Assembly (NCBI GenBank): GCA_030390025.1
Contig: CM059432.1
Span: 25,050,001 to 25,114,000, forward strand
Source of the DNA: Squalus acanthias
Lineage: Eukaryota
Length of the DNA stretch: 64,000 nt
Direction of reading: 5' to 3'
Shown here in pieces: positions 11,660-23,875 of the stretch. The notes under the pieces are model-generated. The model saw only the letters and a program-made list of their open reading frames with translations. It was not told the origin of the DNA and made no database searches. The number at the start of each line of letters is the position of its first letter. Position 1 is the first letter of the stretch. The position numbers and the translations under genes are program-made.

Positions 11660-12986
11660 TTGTACCAGTGGGTTTTAATCTATCAGCTGTAACCATGACA
11701 AAAGGCCATGTAACCCATGTAACTGTATGAACATTTTTATATTGATATGATTCCGGAAATTGTGCCTTAGTTTAACCAGGGAAACGGAGGTGGAGACTTA
11801 GATGAACCATGACCTACAATTTTGAATGCAAAACAAAATAAGAGAGATATTGGGAGAATGGTTAGCTATAGAAGCAATGGCAGGAACTGGAACCTGCAAC
11901 CAAGTGGACATTGAATTATTATGGGAGCATGATGAGGCAATGCAGAAACAGCTGAAAGGTCTACTGAAGGGGATGAACACTCAAAGTGGGGACCTTATAA
12001 GTGAAAGACCAAAAACAGTGTTATCAGTGAGGGAAATAGTCGTTGCCATGTACAAGGTGAAGGATTAAGATCAATGAAATGATTAATCAATGCAGAATAT
12101 CAGTACACCGGCATACCGTGGCTGCAGTGTGTGCCATCTACAAGATGCACTGCAGCAACTCGCCAAGGCTTCTTCGGCAGCACCTCCCAAACCCGCGACC
12201 TCTTCCACCTAGAAGGACAAGGGCAGCAGGCGCATGGGAACACCACCACCTCCAAGGTCCCCTCCAAGCCACACACCATCCTGACTTAGAAGTATATCGC
12301 CAATCCTTCATCGTCGCTGGGTCGAAATCCTGGAACTCCCTCCCTAACAGCACTGTGGGAGTACCTTCACCACACGGACTGCAGCGGTTCAAGAAGGTGG
12401 CTCACCACCACCTTCTCAAGGGCAACTAGGGATGGGCAATAAATGCTGGCGTTGCCAGTGACGCCCACATCCCATATACGAATAAAAAAAAAATCAGGAC
12501 TAGAAGGTGTCAAAAGCAATTATGTGTGCCATGTATGGAGGGTTTATATTGAATGAGATCCAAATGGAATTAAATTATATAGAAATAATAAACTGCGTAA
12601 TTTTGTGAAGGAAAGCCATTTAATCAATCGACGTCCAGGCAGTAAACTTCAAGATTGGTGTAAAGCGAGACACTAAAAACCCATGCAGCCTATCTGAGAA
12701 TACATGGGGGGCAATACCTGTTGTGGTGGCGGTACCGCAGTTGGAGGGATATAAATCTATGGAAGCTTTTAAAGTCGAGTCAATAGGAGTGATTGAGTCT
12801 TGTAACTATTCGAATGTGATGAAGGAATATGTGAGTTATCCAAGCACTCTAATAAGGGGAGAGGAGTCTGGAAAGCCCTTGTAAGTATAATAGATGTATT
12901 TTCTTGCTTGTAATCACACATATGTTCAATAAATCTTGAACATTAACTTGTCTCTAGAGTCAGTCCTACTTAGTATCAATCCAACA
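11660..12986 (+). mobile_element. Possible old LTR remnant interrupted by a LINE tail
   Basis: AATAAA at ~12928, ends ...CCAACA, TGTA candidates near 11661-11690. No TSD found. Confidence 0.25.
12106..12493 (+). mobile_element. 3' end of a non-LTR retrotransposon (Jockey/CR1 superclade, distinct from the main CR1)
   Basis: Near-identical to 23490-23875; A-rich tail. Confidence 0.85.
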
Positions 12987-13844
12987 GACAGCGTTGCTAG
13001 AGCAGATCCATTTAGGAGAATCTGTGGACAGACTCAGTTCTGGAGTAGCAAAGGAAAAGAAAAACTATTTCAAAATTATACCTTGACCCTCTGGAAAAGC
13101 TGATGTTGCAGTAGATGCTACAGCAGTGTAAATAACAACTATATATTTACTTGCTTTAATTTTAGATTATATAAAGTTCAAATTGTAAAAACGCTCGCTG
13201 ATGCGAATGCTGTGTGATTGCACCAAAACATCATTACTCACTTTACTATTTACGTCCCCGGTAAGGTGTCTTGCAAGTCACATTTTACCAAAGAGTAATG
13301 CCGCCTTAATCATCTGGAAATTGTTCGAGAGTCACTGCTGCGTATAATCACTAGTATGTGTCCTTCAAATGATCATCTTCTTTATTCTGTGTCTACCCTC
13401 AGGAATGTACTTAGGTTGCATGCTCACAATACAATCCAAATGATCCACATTTATGTGTTCATCTTGTGTATTTGATCTATCATTGCATTGAGTGCAGCGA
13501 TTTATTCTGCCCATTCTGTAAGCCCTGCTTCTTCTACTGTCTAAATTATTCCTGTGGTGTTCTGCTGCAACAAACCGTTTATTTAATCCTGTAATGATTT
13601 ATCGTATGTGCCTTGCTGTGTTTAATCTACAACTTCATTGTAAAATCCTGACCCTTCTGCTGTATTTACTGCCACTGCTGGTAAAAGAAGCAGAGTATTA
13701 CAATGTGACACAGTGGAACATCTGTCTGTATCAAATAAAGGAAGATCTTACATCCCCAGGATCGGCAATTTTGTATTTCTACAGCCTTGAAAGATTTCAC
13801 TTCATTCAGGGTTTGCCAGAAAAATGGAAATATCTGTTGCCATC

Positions 13845-15632
13845 TGTAGGCTTCGCAAAATCCCCCAGAAACTTGAACAGAACCCTAAAGGGGGTGATTT
13901 TTGGATTTTTCATACAAATTTGGGATGGTGGGACCTAAGTGAAGTGATTTGAGGTAAAAACCTCAGTTTTGGACATTTTAAAGATCAGGGAAGAAAAACC
14001 CTGAGGAAAAAGACTTTTGAATCTTACTGTTGGGAAAGCCACCTTTCACAGACACAAGACAGGCTGCGGAGGGGTGGGGCAAGGCAGTGGACAGCTTTGG
14101 GTATTGGGGCCCAGTCAAGCTGTCTGGGAATTGTTTACACTGCAATCCAACCAAGGAGGAAGAGACAAACCCAAAACCTCACACACATATCCAAATATGA
14201 ATAATCCAAGACCCCTTTTGAAATTCCCAGGCCCAAACAGGATACCAGAAGCCTGAAAACAATAAAGCATCTAGTACCCCCATTACTTCATCAAAAACCA
14301 ATCAACCAAGTATCTACAGGGACAGATTTACAAGCCCACCAAAAACCTAAGACAATAGGGACAAGATTTGGCGCGTAGATAAAGGCCCTGCCTAAATGGG
14401 AGACATCGGAAGCCATCAGGACAATTTAACACCAAGTTAAAGTCATCAAAACTTAACAAGCCCGCCAAAACCTAAGACAATGGAATGAACAGGCCTCAAC
14501 TGAAACCTAAATCACTCCAACACGAAACCGATTTAGTAAAGGGGTTTTGGGCGCGAAAAAGACAAAGGGCCTGAACAGTATAATTGGGGGCCTAATCCCC
14601 CAAGAAAGACACAGTTCGAGTTGCAGCAGGTTCCAGCAAGACACTACAAGCCACACGACACGAGCAGGAGGAGGAAAGAAGCAGCAAGGCCACGAGGCAG
14701 ACCCGAGGCGAGATCGGAGGCAGGGACAGACAAGGCCAGCCAAGGGCTAGAACTGAGACCACGAGCTGGGAGCGAGTCGGCATCGCTCAACATACGGTCC
14801 AGCTCTAGTAAGCACTAGCCAAGGCCACTGGAAGCTGGGAGCGAGTCAGCATCGCTCAATCCACGGTCCAGCTCCAGGAGGTACCGCCCCGACAGGCCTC
14901 CAATGCAACAAACTAACAACCAGAGCCACCAAGGGCTCCACGAGGTGAACCGACACTTGAAAGTCCCGCGGAAACCAAGGCCCCGCGCAACAACCAACCA
15001 CCAGGCCACCATGACCAAGAGCCAGACCAACACCAGGGAAAAACCGAGGACACGCAAGTTTACACTGTACAAACTATTCCTGACTTACCCCTGGGTAAGA
15101 TTTTCCCTTAAAAAAACTCTAAACCCTACTTCTAAGGAAGAAAATCAGGTACTCACCTGATAGAATCCAAAACGCACCTTACCGCATCAGCGGACAGACC
15201 CAAACTGACCTGGAGTGTTCTACCACGTCCGGGGTACGGCAGGTCCCAACAATCAAAAACCTTATTGAACCCCGAAATCGCGAAATACCTTAACTGTCAA
15301 GAATTGTCATTGGTGAGCATTATCCCTGATCCTTTGAAATTGAAACCTAGCTAGACAGTGGGGTTGGGAGGGATAAGGGCTTTTTGCATATTGTCATTCT
15401 CCCTCGCATGTACCGTGTGTTCTCCAACCTGTGTTTAAGCATTAAGTGTGTTTTAAGTTTGGTACCTTTTTCTTTTAATAAAGTCAAAATTCTTTCATCA
15501 GAACCTGTTGTCTACTGCATCTTTGTTCACAACCCCTAAATAAGTCCAAAGTCTAGAACCAGGGGCGTGGGAGCGATTCGAACCGCTCACTGAGTCAGAG
15601 GTGAAGGCTGACCCCACACACCACCCCCTACA
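13845..15632 (+). mobile_element. Long solo LTR (ERV or Gypsy class, unassigned)
   Basis: TGTA...TACA termini, 4-bp TSD CATC (13841-13844, 15633-15636), TATAATT at ~14579, AATAAA at ~15477. Homologous to 54845-56523. Confidence 0.88.
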
Positions 15633-16029
15633 CATCTTCTAAATTTGTGAAAGATCATCTGATAAAAGAACTCAAATGCACATTCACTTGTTTTCTCTAC
15701 GTATCTTTCTCGGTCTAGCAAAAGAGCTGCACAAAACTAAGGAAGTAAAATGCTGAGAGGACCCTCAGAACTGTAAGTATGTCTCTGTTGGCCTCGGTTC
15801 GTAACTGTCACTGATCATTTTGGGTGATTGGAATATGTCAGGCCTGGAGCATCAAAGATGGTGCAAATCCCTCCAGCAGCAGTACTTTCTCCTTCCTTTC
15901 CAAATACGTGTCATTGACATCGGGTTCAGAGCAGCACCGCAAATGATGCAGCTGTGAGCAGCTCAGCACATCCTTTGCTTTCCAATTGTATTGTTCAATG
16001 TCAGTAGGGAACCAGAGTGGAGATGAGGA

Positions 16030-16275
16030 GAATTTTTTTTTTTTACGCAGCAAGTTCTTATGATCTGGAAAGCACTGTCTGAAAGGGTGGTGGAAGCAGA
16101 TTCAATAGTAACTTTCAAAAGGGAATTAAATATGTGCTTGAAAAGAAAAATCTTGAAGGGGTAAGGGGAAAGAGCAGGGGAGTGGGACTAATTGGATAGC
16201 TCTTTCAAAGAGCCAGCACAGGCAAGATGGGCCGAATGGCCTCCTTCCGTGCAGTAAGATTCAGTGATTCTATGA
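16030..16275 (+). mobile_element. CR1 3' end fragment (TTCTATGA-tail subfamily)
   Basis: Same 3' UTR as 18000-18238, 50540-50792 and 54010-54252. Confidence 0.8.
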
Positions 16276-16579
16276 AACTTTGGACTCTGGCTGGTTACTT
16301 TGTACATCAAGAGGGCAGCTCATAACTGCCTTGGGCAAAATGCTGGTCTTATGATAAAAGGTGACTGCTAAGACCAAATGGCTGATGGTCTCGGTTCTAC
16401 AATTGATAAGGACAAGATGTTCAGCTGCAAGAAAGATCTCACTGACCCTGAAGCCTATAAAGTCTGCAGACATTTTAAATATAGTAGTGCAGTGCACTTA
16501 GTAATAAAAAAAAAAGCTGTCAGCAATGTAGCAGGAGTAAGGCAGCTTTCATGGCCACATTAAATCACGATTCCAACAC

Positions 16580-16905
16580 GGGTATGGTAGTGTAGTGGTT
16601 ATGTTACTGGCCTGGTAATTCAGATGAAACTGAGTTCACATCCCAACACAGTAGTATTTGAATTTAATTTAAAAATAAAAATCTGGAAAGAAATGAAAAG
16701 CTTGTATCAGTAAAGGTGACCCTGAAGCTGTCTGGTTGTTGTAGAAAGTTACCAAGCAGGCCTCTCAGTTGTACCAATCGACTGCAAAAGAAGAATTGCA
16801 GCAGTTCAAGAAGAGAAACCCACCACCATCTTCTCAGGGTATCTCGGGATAGGAGATAAATGTTGGCTTTGTCAGTGATGCTCACTTCCTGAGAATGAGT
16901 AAAAG
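16580..16905 (+). mobile_element. tRNA-derived SINE sharing its tail with the LINE at 12106/23272
   Basis: Head GGTAGTGTAGTGGTTATGTTACTGG...GAGTTCACATCCC; tail CACCACCATCTTCTCAGGG...GTCAGTGATGCTCAC. Confidence 0.7.
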
Positions 16906-17514
16906 AAAATCTATGATTTCAATTTCGTCGAATTTGTTTTTAAAATTGCACTTTTGGTTACAGTTGAAATAAGTGTGTGTCTTACAAATGACCTGAAATT
17001 GTTATAATAATTCTAGAACAGAGCAATAATGGACATGCTAGGGCTTACTGGCAACAGTATGGCTTCGATAAATTGAAAGGAGAATAAATTATCGGAGGCA
17101 GAGAAGGTGATTTTCCACCCGGCCGGCATTAATAGTTAGCGTTGCCAACCTGTTCGTATTATCTGGGAGTCTCCAGGAATTGAGGAATGATCTCCCGGGC
17201 ACTGCTGTTAACAACTCGCGAGTACAGTACTTTGCGTTCGCGCTTGCGTCCGTTTGTACTTTCACTTCCCGCCCCCACCATCATACCCGCCTCCCTGGTG
17301 CTTCAGCATCTGCGGGTTCAGCTGTCTTCTGTTGATAGGATCCCAGCCATTCACTGCCTCTCATTTCAAGGAATGGCCTGGAATTTCACCATAGTTGCTT
17401 TCGCCCCACTGCCATTACTTCAATGAAGTGTCGGCAACAAAGCAGGACCAACCACGAAGAAATTCCCAGCCTACTTAATACAAATTCCAACTCTTTCTTA
17501 CTGCGACTGGTAAG

Positions 17515-17635
17515 CAAACAACAAAATACTGCAAGTGCTGAAAACTTCAAACATAAACAGAAAACACTCATCACGTTAGGCAGTGCCTGTGAAGAAAAGA
17601 AAATGTTAATGTTTCTGGCCTTCATCAGAACATGA
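17515..17635 (-). mobile_element. Decayed PLE 3' terminus
   Basis: Degenerate match to 58966-59068, with CCTTCATCAG (reverse-complement CTGATGAAGG box). Confidence 0.5.
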
Positions 17636-17999
17636 AAATATTACAGATGAATCGCTTACATGAAGAAATGGAGCAAGGGAAATGTGGTGTAGATGCGGGG
17701 GGTGGGAAAAGCCCAGATACACAAGAAAAGAAAAAAGATGAGCTGTTAAATTGATTGAATGGAGAACAGGAGATGGTTGGCTGTCAGAAGTGATAATGGT
17801 ATAAGACAAAAAGGGGCATTATGAGAAAAATTACAGATATAAAAGGCATATATGAGATACAGACAATGGGTGAATTGTTAAAGCAGATTAGCTGTTACAT
17901 CCATCCTTCATTACCAAAACCTAATGTCAGAAAGAAAATGGGAGCTGTGGTTAAGGTCTGAAGTTGTTGAAGTCAATATTAAAGCCAGATAGCTGCAAA

Positions 18000-18238
18000 C
18001 TTTTTTCACCCAGAGAGTGGTGGGGGTCTGGAACTCACTGCCTGAAAGGATGGTAGAGGCAGAAACCCTAATCACATTTAAAAAGTACTTGAATATGCAC
18101 TTGAAGTGCCATGACCCGCAAAGCTACGGACCAAGAGCTGGAAAGTGGGATTAGGCTGGATAGCTCTTTTTCGGCTGGCACAGACACGATGGGCCGCATG
18201 CCTTCCTTCTGTGCCATGAATTTGTAAGATTCTATGAA
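18000..18238 (+). mobile_element. CR1 3' end fragment
   Basis: TTTTTCACCCAGAGAGTGGTG...TGGAAC followed by 3' UTR and a TTCTATG tail. Confidence 0.8.
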
Positions 18239-18509
18239 GTGCCTAATAGAAAGGTGAGGTGCTGTTCCTTGAACTTGCACATTAATGTTTGGGATGGGGT
18301 AGCCCAGCGGTCCACCACTGGCAGGGTGGTCTTCACCCCTGGTGTTGAGCAGCCTTTTTCTTCCACCAGATGTCTGCCCCACTTTGCCAGGTTTTCATAT
18401 CTCACCCCACCAACTTAGCTAACCTGATTTAACAATTCACACATTCTCTGGATCTGGTATAAGCTTTTTCTTTCCCTAAATTCTCTCATCGTGCCTCATT
18501 TTGTCTTGC

Positions 18510-18965
18510 GTCACGTCGTGTGGGCAAATGTAGGGAAGTTACTGGAATCTATCATCAGGGACAGAATGACTAAGCACTTGGACAAGTATGAGCTGATCAA
18601 AGAGAGTCAGTATGGCGTTACGAAGGGCATCTGACTATTCTAGTTAAATTTTTTGAGGAGGTCACTAACATGGTGGATAGTGGAATGTCTATGGATGTTG
18701 TCTATATCGACTTTCAGAAGGTATTTGCAAACACAAGAGATTATTAGCAAAAATAAAAGCATACGGAATTGAAGATAACCTTGTGATAATTGTTTGGGAG
18801 TTAGGAGACAGAGAGTAGGGATAAAGGGAATGTGACAACTATGGATTATGACAAGTGTTGCTCCCCAGAGATCTGTACTGGGGCCTCAGTTTTTTACCAT
18901 ATATATCAAAGAATTGGATGAAAGAATAGAGAATTGTATATCCAAGTTTGCGGACGACACGAAGT
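18510..18965 (+). mobile_element. Decayed CR1 RT fragment (continues at 21470-22185 beyond the Harbinger)
   Basis: Degenerate FFEEVT, DVVYIDFQK and SKFADDT motifs. Confidence 0.8.
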
Positions 18966-19558
18966 GGTAGCAGCTATTGCAGCAACGCAATGGCTTAGTG
19001 CTGTAATGGAGTTAGTGGTTGCTGGCATTCAATCTCAGAGTGTTCTCCTGCAGTCTCAGATTGATGTCACGCAAGCGCTGACAGCTGCCATCGTCGCTGG
19101 GTCGACCACTGTCCACTGGGTATCTCACGGTGCCGCAGCAGGCCAGCAATCTGTGCTCGAGCAGATTGCTCCGGATGCTGAAATTCTGCCCTGGGGGAGT
19201 GGCAGTGTGTCAGTTGAGCAGGAAGGTGCTGTCCTCTCTCAGGATGACAGCATTCCTGCTCCCACCACTGCCACTCTGCCATTGCACTTGCCACAGCCTG
19301 TAACACAGCCAGCCCAGACTGCTGCCGCCCATGGTGCAGTCTGCAGTCGGGCCCTCCAGGCCCAGAGCTGATCGAGAGCATCCTGCAAGGCCATCTGCAG
19401 TCTCTGGCTCCCAGACTCAGCAGCCTTCCACCAGCCTTGCTGCAGCCACTGGGGCCACATTACGGAGGAGCAGTAGGGTTGGGAGGGGGGAGCTCAAAGG
19501 GGAGGGAGATCATTGAAGAAGGGAGAGTAAGGAATATTTTAGTAGCAAATGGAGGTAG

Positions 19559-19760
19559 TGTGTGTTAATAAATTGATGTGTTTGTAAATATATTGTTGTG
19601 TTTGTGAACAAATAGTTATGCTTGTAAATAAATATTTGTGTTTGGTAACAAATAGTTCAGTTTGATAAGAAAGAATTGTGTTTGTTGATAAAAGGTTGTG
19701 TTTGTTTATGAATAGTTGTGTTTCATAAGAGAGAGTTGTGTTCGATAATAAATTGTTAAT
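19559..19760. repeat. Degenerate 20-bp tandem repeat (~10 units, TGTTTGTAAATAAATAGTTG-like)
   Basis: TG(T/C)TT recurs with 20-bp periodicity. Confidence 0.75.
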
Positions 19761-19968
19761 TTGATGTTGCACATTTTGTGATATTTTACATTTGACCTTT
19801 GCCCGGTGATAGGGGCTGCGAGCTGGATGTAATGATGTGGTTGTGCTGCGCAAACGCCATGTGCTATATCATTGATTGGAAGCGCTGTCTAATGAGGCGC
19901 TCAGGAACATCAATTGCAGAAGCAAGATTGAGTGCCTCACTCCTCCATTGCTGCTGCTCCTCCTCCTC

Positions 19969-21026
19969 TTAATCCTCCTCCTCCTCTCCCTCTTCCTCCT
20001 CCTGAGGTGGACCTTCAATCCCTGGTGGCAATGGCTGGGCCCTCAGAATGGCCAGGTTGTGCAGCATGCAGCACACAATGATAAAAAGGGAGACTCGATC
20101 AGGGGAATACTGCAGGACTCCTCCAGAGCGGTCAAGGCAGCCGAACCATTGCTTTAGCACCCCAATAGTCTGTTCGATCAGGTTCCTGGTGGCGGTATGG
20201 CTGTCATTGTATGCATGCTGAGCAGGAGTGTTGGGGTTGCAGAGGAGTGTCATCAGCCAGGTGGCGAGTGGATAACCCTTGTCATAACCCATCAGCCAGC
20301 CGTGAGCTTCATGTGGTGGGTGGAACAGTGCTGGGACAGGATGAATGCATCGTGGCTGCTGCCAGGATAGCGGGCATTGATGGCGAGGATGAGCTGTCTG
20401 TGGTCACACACCAACTGAACATTCAAAGAGTGGTAGCGTTTGCGGTTATGGAACACCCTCTGCACTGTGATGAGGTGCCCGCAATGCCACGTGGGTGCAG
20501 TCAATGGCGCCCTGAATCATGGGGAAGCCCGCTATTGTTGCAAAGCCACATGAGCATCGTCCTGCTTCTCTCTGGTGATGGGGAATGAGATGTACTCCCT
20601 TCTCCTTCTGTAGAGCATCTGTTACCTCCTGGATGCAGCAATGGACGGCGAACTGTGAAATCTTTGCAATATCCCCTGTTGAAGCCTGGAAGGAGCCACT
20701 GGCATAGAAATTGACAGCAACTGTAACCTTAACTGCCACTGAGAGAGACATCCTGGTCCTGAGCTGAGGCTGGAGGTCTGGCTGTAGGAGGTGGCAGAGC
20801 TCTGTGACTACCTCCTTGCTGAAGCAGAGCCTTCTAAGACACTGCTCCTCTGAGAGATGAATGTAGGAGAAGTGCTCCCGGAAAACCCTGGGAGGGTCAG
20901 GCCTCCTGTTGCGAGTCTGTCGGCCCTTCTCCTACCTCTGGCCACATTTGGCAATCTCTGTCTCTGCATTCGTTGCCTCCGACGTAGTTGCCGGGGGGCA
21001 AGGTGGAGTACCAGTACAGCCCCCAT
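19969..21026 (-). pseudogene. Harbinger DDE transposase (HARBI1-like, DDE_Tnp_4), frameshifted
   Basis: Fragments [80 protein letters not shown], and an acidic tail. Confidence 0.92.
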
Positions 21027-21469
21027 AAATGAGAGAAAAGAGGACGTAGAAATGTTCAGCGCAATACAAGTGAAAAAACTGTTAGAACAGCAACAAAGCA
21101 AAAAATGGGAAAATGTGAACGCAGCCAAAACGCTATCTGACAAACCAGCAATGAATCTGATCTCCCAATGAACCAGTAAGTGATCCCTTTAAATAACGCC
21201 TGGGAGCGGCAATCCCAGGTATCAACGCCTGCTATTTCTGTCGTTCTCAGCGCCAGGCGGTAAGTCGGGGAAGCGACTGAATTTCGCATCCGGGCGCTAA
21301 CAGGGCATTGCACACTCATTGACGTCACGGTCTGAGTGGCGCTAGAGGGCCAGGTGATAAGTATTAGTGCTGGCGCTAAATGCCAACTAAATTTCACGGG
21401 CAGCGTTGAAATTGCCGCGCCTGGACGATAAGCACTTAGCGCCCTATGGTATCGAATTTCTAGCCCTAG

Positions 21470-22185
21470 GAACTGTGCAGGAGCAAAGTTAGGTGTCCAT
21501 GTACACATGTCACTAAAAGCAAGTGCACAGGAACAAAAATTAATCAAGACGTCTAATGGAATGTTGGCTATATCAAGGAGGGGGAAGTATAGAAAGAGCG
21601 AATGTTATGCTTCAGTTGTGCAGAGCTTTGATCAGACCCCATCTGGACTACTGTGTTCAGTTTTGGACACCGCATCTCAGGAAGGTCTTGGAGGGGTTAC
21701 AGTGCAGATTTACCAGAATATCAGGCTTAAAGGGTTAAATTATGAGGACAGGTTGCATAAACTTGGCTTGTATTCCATTGAGTTTAGAAGATTGTGGGTG
21801 ATCTGATCAAAGAGTTTAAAATGATAAAGGGAATCGATAAGCTTGATACAGAGGAACTATTTTCTCTGGTGGGGGAATGCAGAACAAAAGGGAATAATCT
21901 TAAAATTAGAGTTAGACCATTTAGGAGTGAACTCAGGAAGCACTTTTGCACACAAAGGGTGGTGGAAATCTGGAACTCTCTCTGCCAAAATGCTGTTGAT
22001 TCTGGGTCAATTGAAATTTTTGAGACTGAGACCGATAGATTTTTGTTAGGTAAGGGTATCAAGGGATATGGATCAAAGACAGCTAAATAGAGTTGAGGTA
22101 CAGAATCATATCATAGATATGATCTGATTAAATGGCAGAACAGGCTTGAGGGGTTAAATGGTCTACTCCTGTTCCTACGTTCCGA
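21470..22185 (+). mobile_element. CR1 3' fragment
   Basis: ORFs 21556-21738 and 21794-22090 (RT C-terminus), then 3' UTR. Confidence 0.85.
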
Positions 22186-23271
22186 GAATACATCCAACCA
22201 GAGTCTGCAATCGTAGATGCACTGCTGTGTGAAAAATTGGGAGCCACATTTGCTTACACAACAGTGACCATACTTTGATTAATTGCCTGTGAAGCACTTT
22301 GGGATCTCCTGAGGACATGAAAGAACATAAATGCAAGTTCTTTTTTTTTATATAAGATGTTACCTTGAAAGCAGGTCTGGCAAAATATGTTCATATATCC
22401 AGGGTTTAGTACCAGCTACACAGAGGCAAACATCTGCTGCTGAAACTCCAACTGGTACACATACCATTCAAAGGAGGATGGAGTTTGCCCATGCTGTGGG
22501 CAGGAGGATGGTGGCAATTCAATCAACTATTTTATGGTCAGCTGCGCTGCTGATCGTGTTGCTTGTGAGTAGTTCCCGGTATCTGCCGGTGACAATTCAA
22601 GCCCTTGCTTGCCAGTTGACCATTTGGTGACTGTCCTCTTTGCGGGAAGTAATCAAAATCTCCTTGGGGTTGAATTGGCTCTAAGGTGATGCACTTGGCC
22701 AGAGAAGATTGAAAGCAAGTCAACGCTTTGTAATCCAGCACCTGAGGCAGGCAGGTTTGTCGTACTCCAAGACACTGCCCAGCTCCTGAAGCAGGCGTGT
22801 CTGTAGTACTCCAGGGCACTGTTGATGATTGACCAGCAGGCTGGTTGATTAATAGGGCCTGGAAGGATAAACCTGTCCCTGGGACTCCAGATAACAACAG
22901 TAATCCAATGCACTGACAGATAGGATGCTCATGGCTGAACAAGTGGCAAGAAGCTTATCAATGTTCTATGTTGGTAAGCTGCACACTCCAGGGTCCCTAA
23001 GCCGTTCCTCTTGCTAATCTATGCTTAAACTATCTGGACTAAAATAAATGCAGTCTATACGTGAAGGGAGAGTGTAAAAACAGATTTCTCAGTGATGTGG
23101 TTTGGAGACTTTTAGCACAAGGATGCATTTCCGCATGTGTCAGAGTTCTACCAACTGAGCCAAGCTAGTTGTTATGTGATGGCAAGTTTGGGTTTTTAAA
23201 GTATGCAGCTCATAGGAGGAATGGAAGACTGAAAGATAAGGAGCTGCCAGATACCCTCCATTACCTTCCAC

Positions 23272-23875
23272 TAGAGGCTAGGTATTCTGTGGCGAGTGTC
23301 TCACCTCCTGACTCCCCAAAGCCTTTCCACCATCTACAAGGCACAAGTCAGGGGTGTGATGGAATACTCTCCACTTGCCTGGACGAGTGCAGCTCCAACA
23401 ACACTCAAGAAGCTCGACATCATCCAGGACAAAGCAACCCGCTTGATTGGCACCCCATCCACCCCCTTAAACATTCACTCCCTCCACCACTGGCGCACTG
23501 TGGCTGCAGTGTGTACCATCTACAAGATGCACTGCAGCAACTCGCCAAGGCTCCTTCAGCAGCACCTCCCAAACCCGCGACTTCTTCCACCTAGAAGGAC
23601 AAGGGCAGCAGACGCATCGGAACACCACCACCTCCAAGTTTCCCTCCAAGTCACACACCATCCTGACTGAGAAGTATACCGCCGTTCCTTCATCGTCGCT
23701 GAGTCAAAATCCTAGAACTCCCTCCCTAACAGCACTGTGGAAGTACCTTCACCACACGGACTGCAGCGGTTCAAGAAGGTGGACCACCACCACCTTCTCA
23801 AGGGCAATTAGGAATGGGCAATAAATGCTGGCCTTGCCAGCGACGCCCACATCCCATAAACGAATAAAAATAAAT
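23272..23875 (+). mobile_element. 3' part of a non-LTR retrotransposon (Jockey/CR1 superclade)
   Basis: IYKAQVRGVMEYSPLAWTSAAPTTLKKLDIIQDKATRLI (post-RT region); AATAAA-type tail. Confidence 0.88.

Larger units (their letters stand above)
18965..21466 (-). mobile_element. PIF/Harbinger transposon, left end deleted
   Basis: Transposase on the minus strand, residual convergent ORF at 18965-19515, terminal GAATTTCTAGCCC followed by TAG. Confidence 0.88.

Noticed and set aside
15470..15505. CTGATGA...GAAA on the LTR minus strand as a retrozyme hammerhead
   Set aside because: No stem II, and the box is TTGATGA in the sister LTR.
15719..15773. AG...GTAAGT-bounded candidate exon
   Set aside because: Stops in all three frames.
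19969..21026. Domesticated HARBI1 gene
   Set aside because: Multiple frameshifts, adjacent to a TIR and embedded in a CR1: a dead transposon copy.
22370..22960. Cys-containing stretch (VCPCCGQED) and LINE-like codons
   Set aside because: Too degenerate to assign; possibly an ancient LINE remnant.
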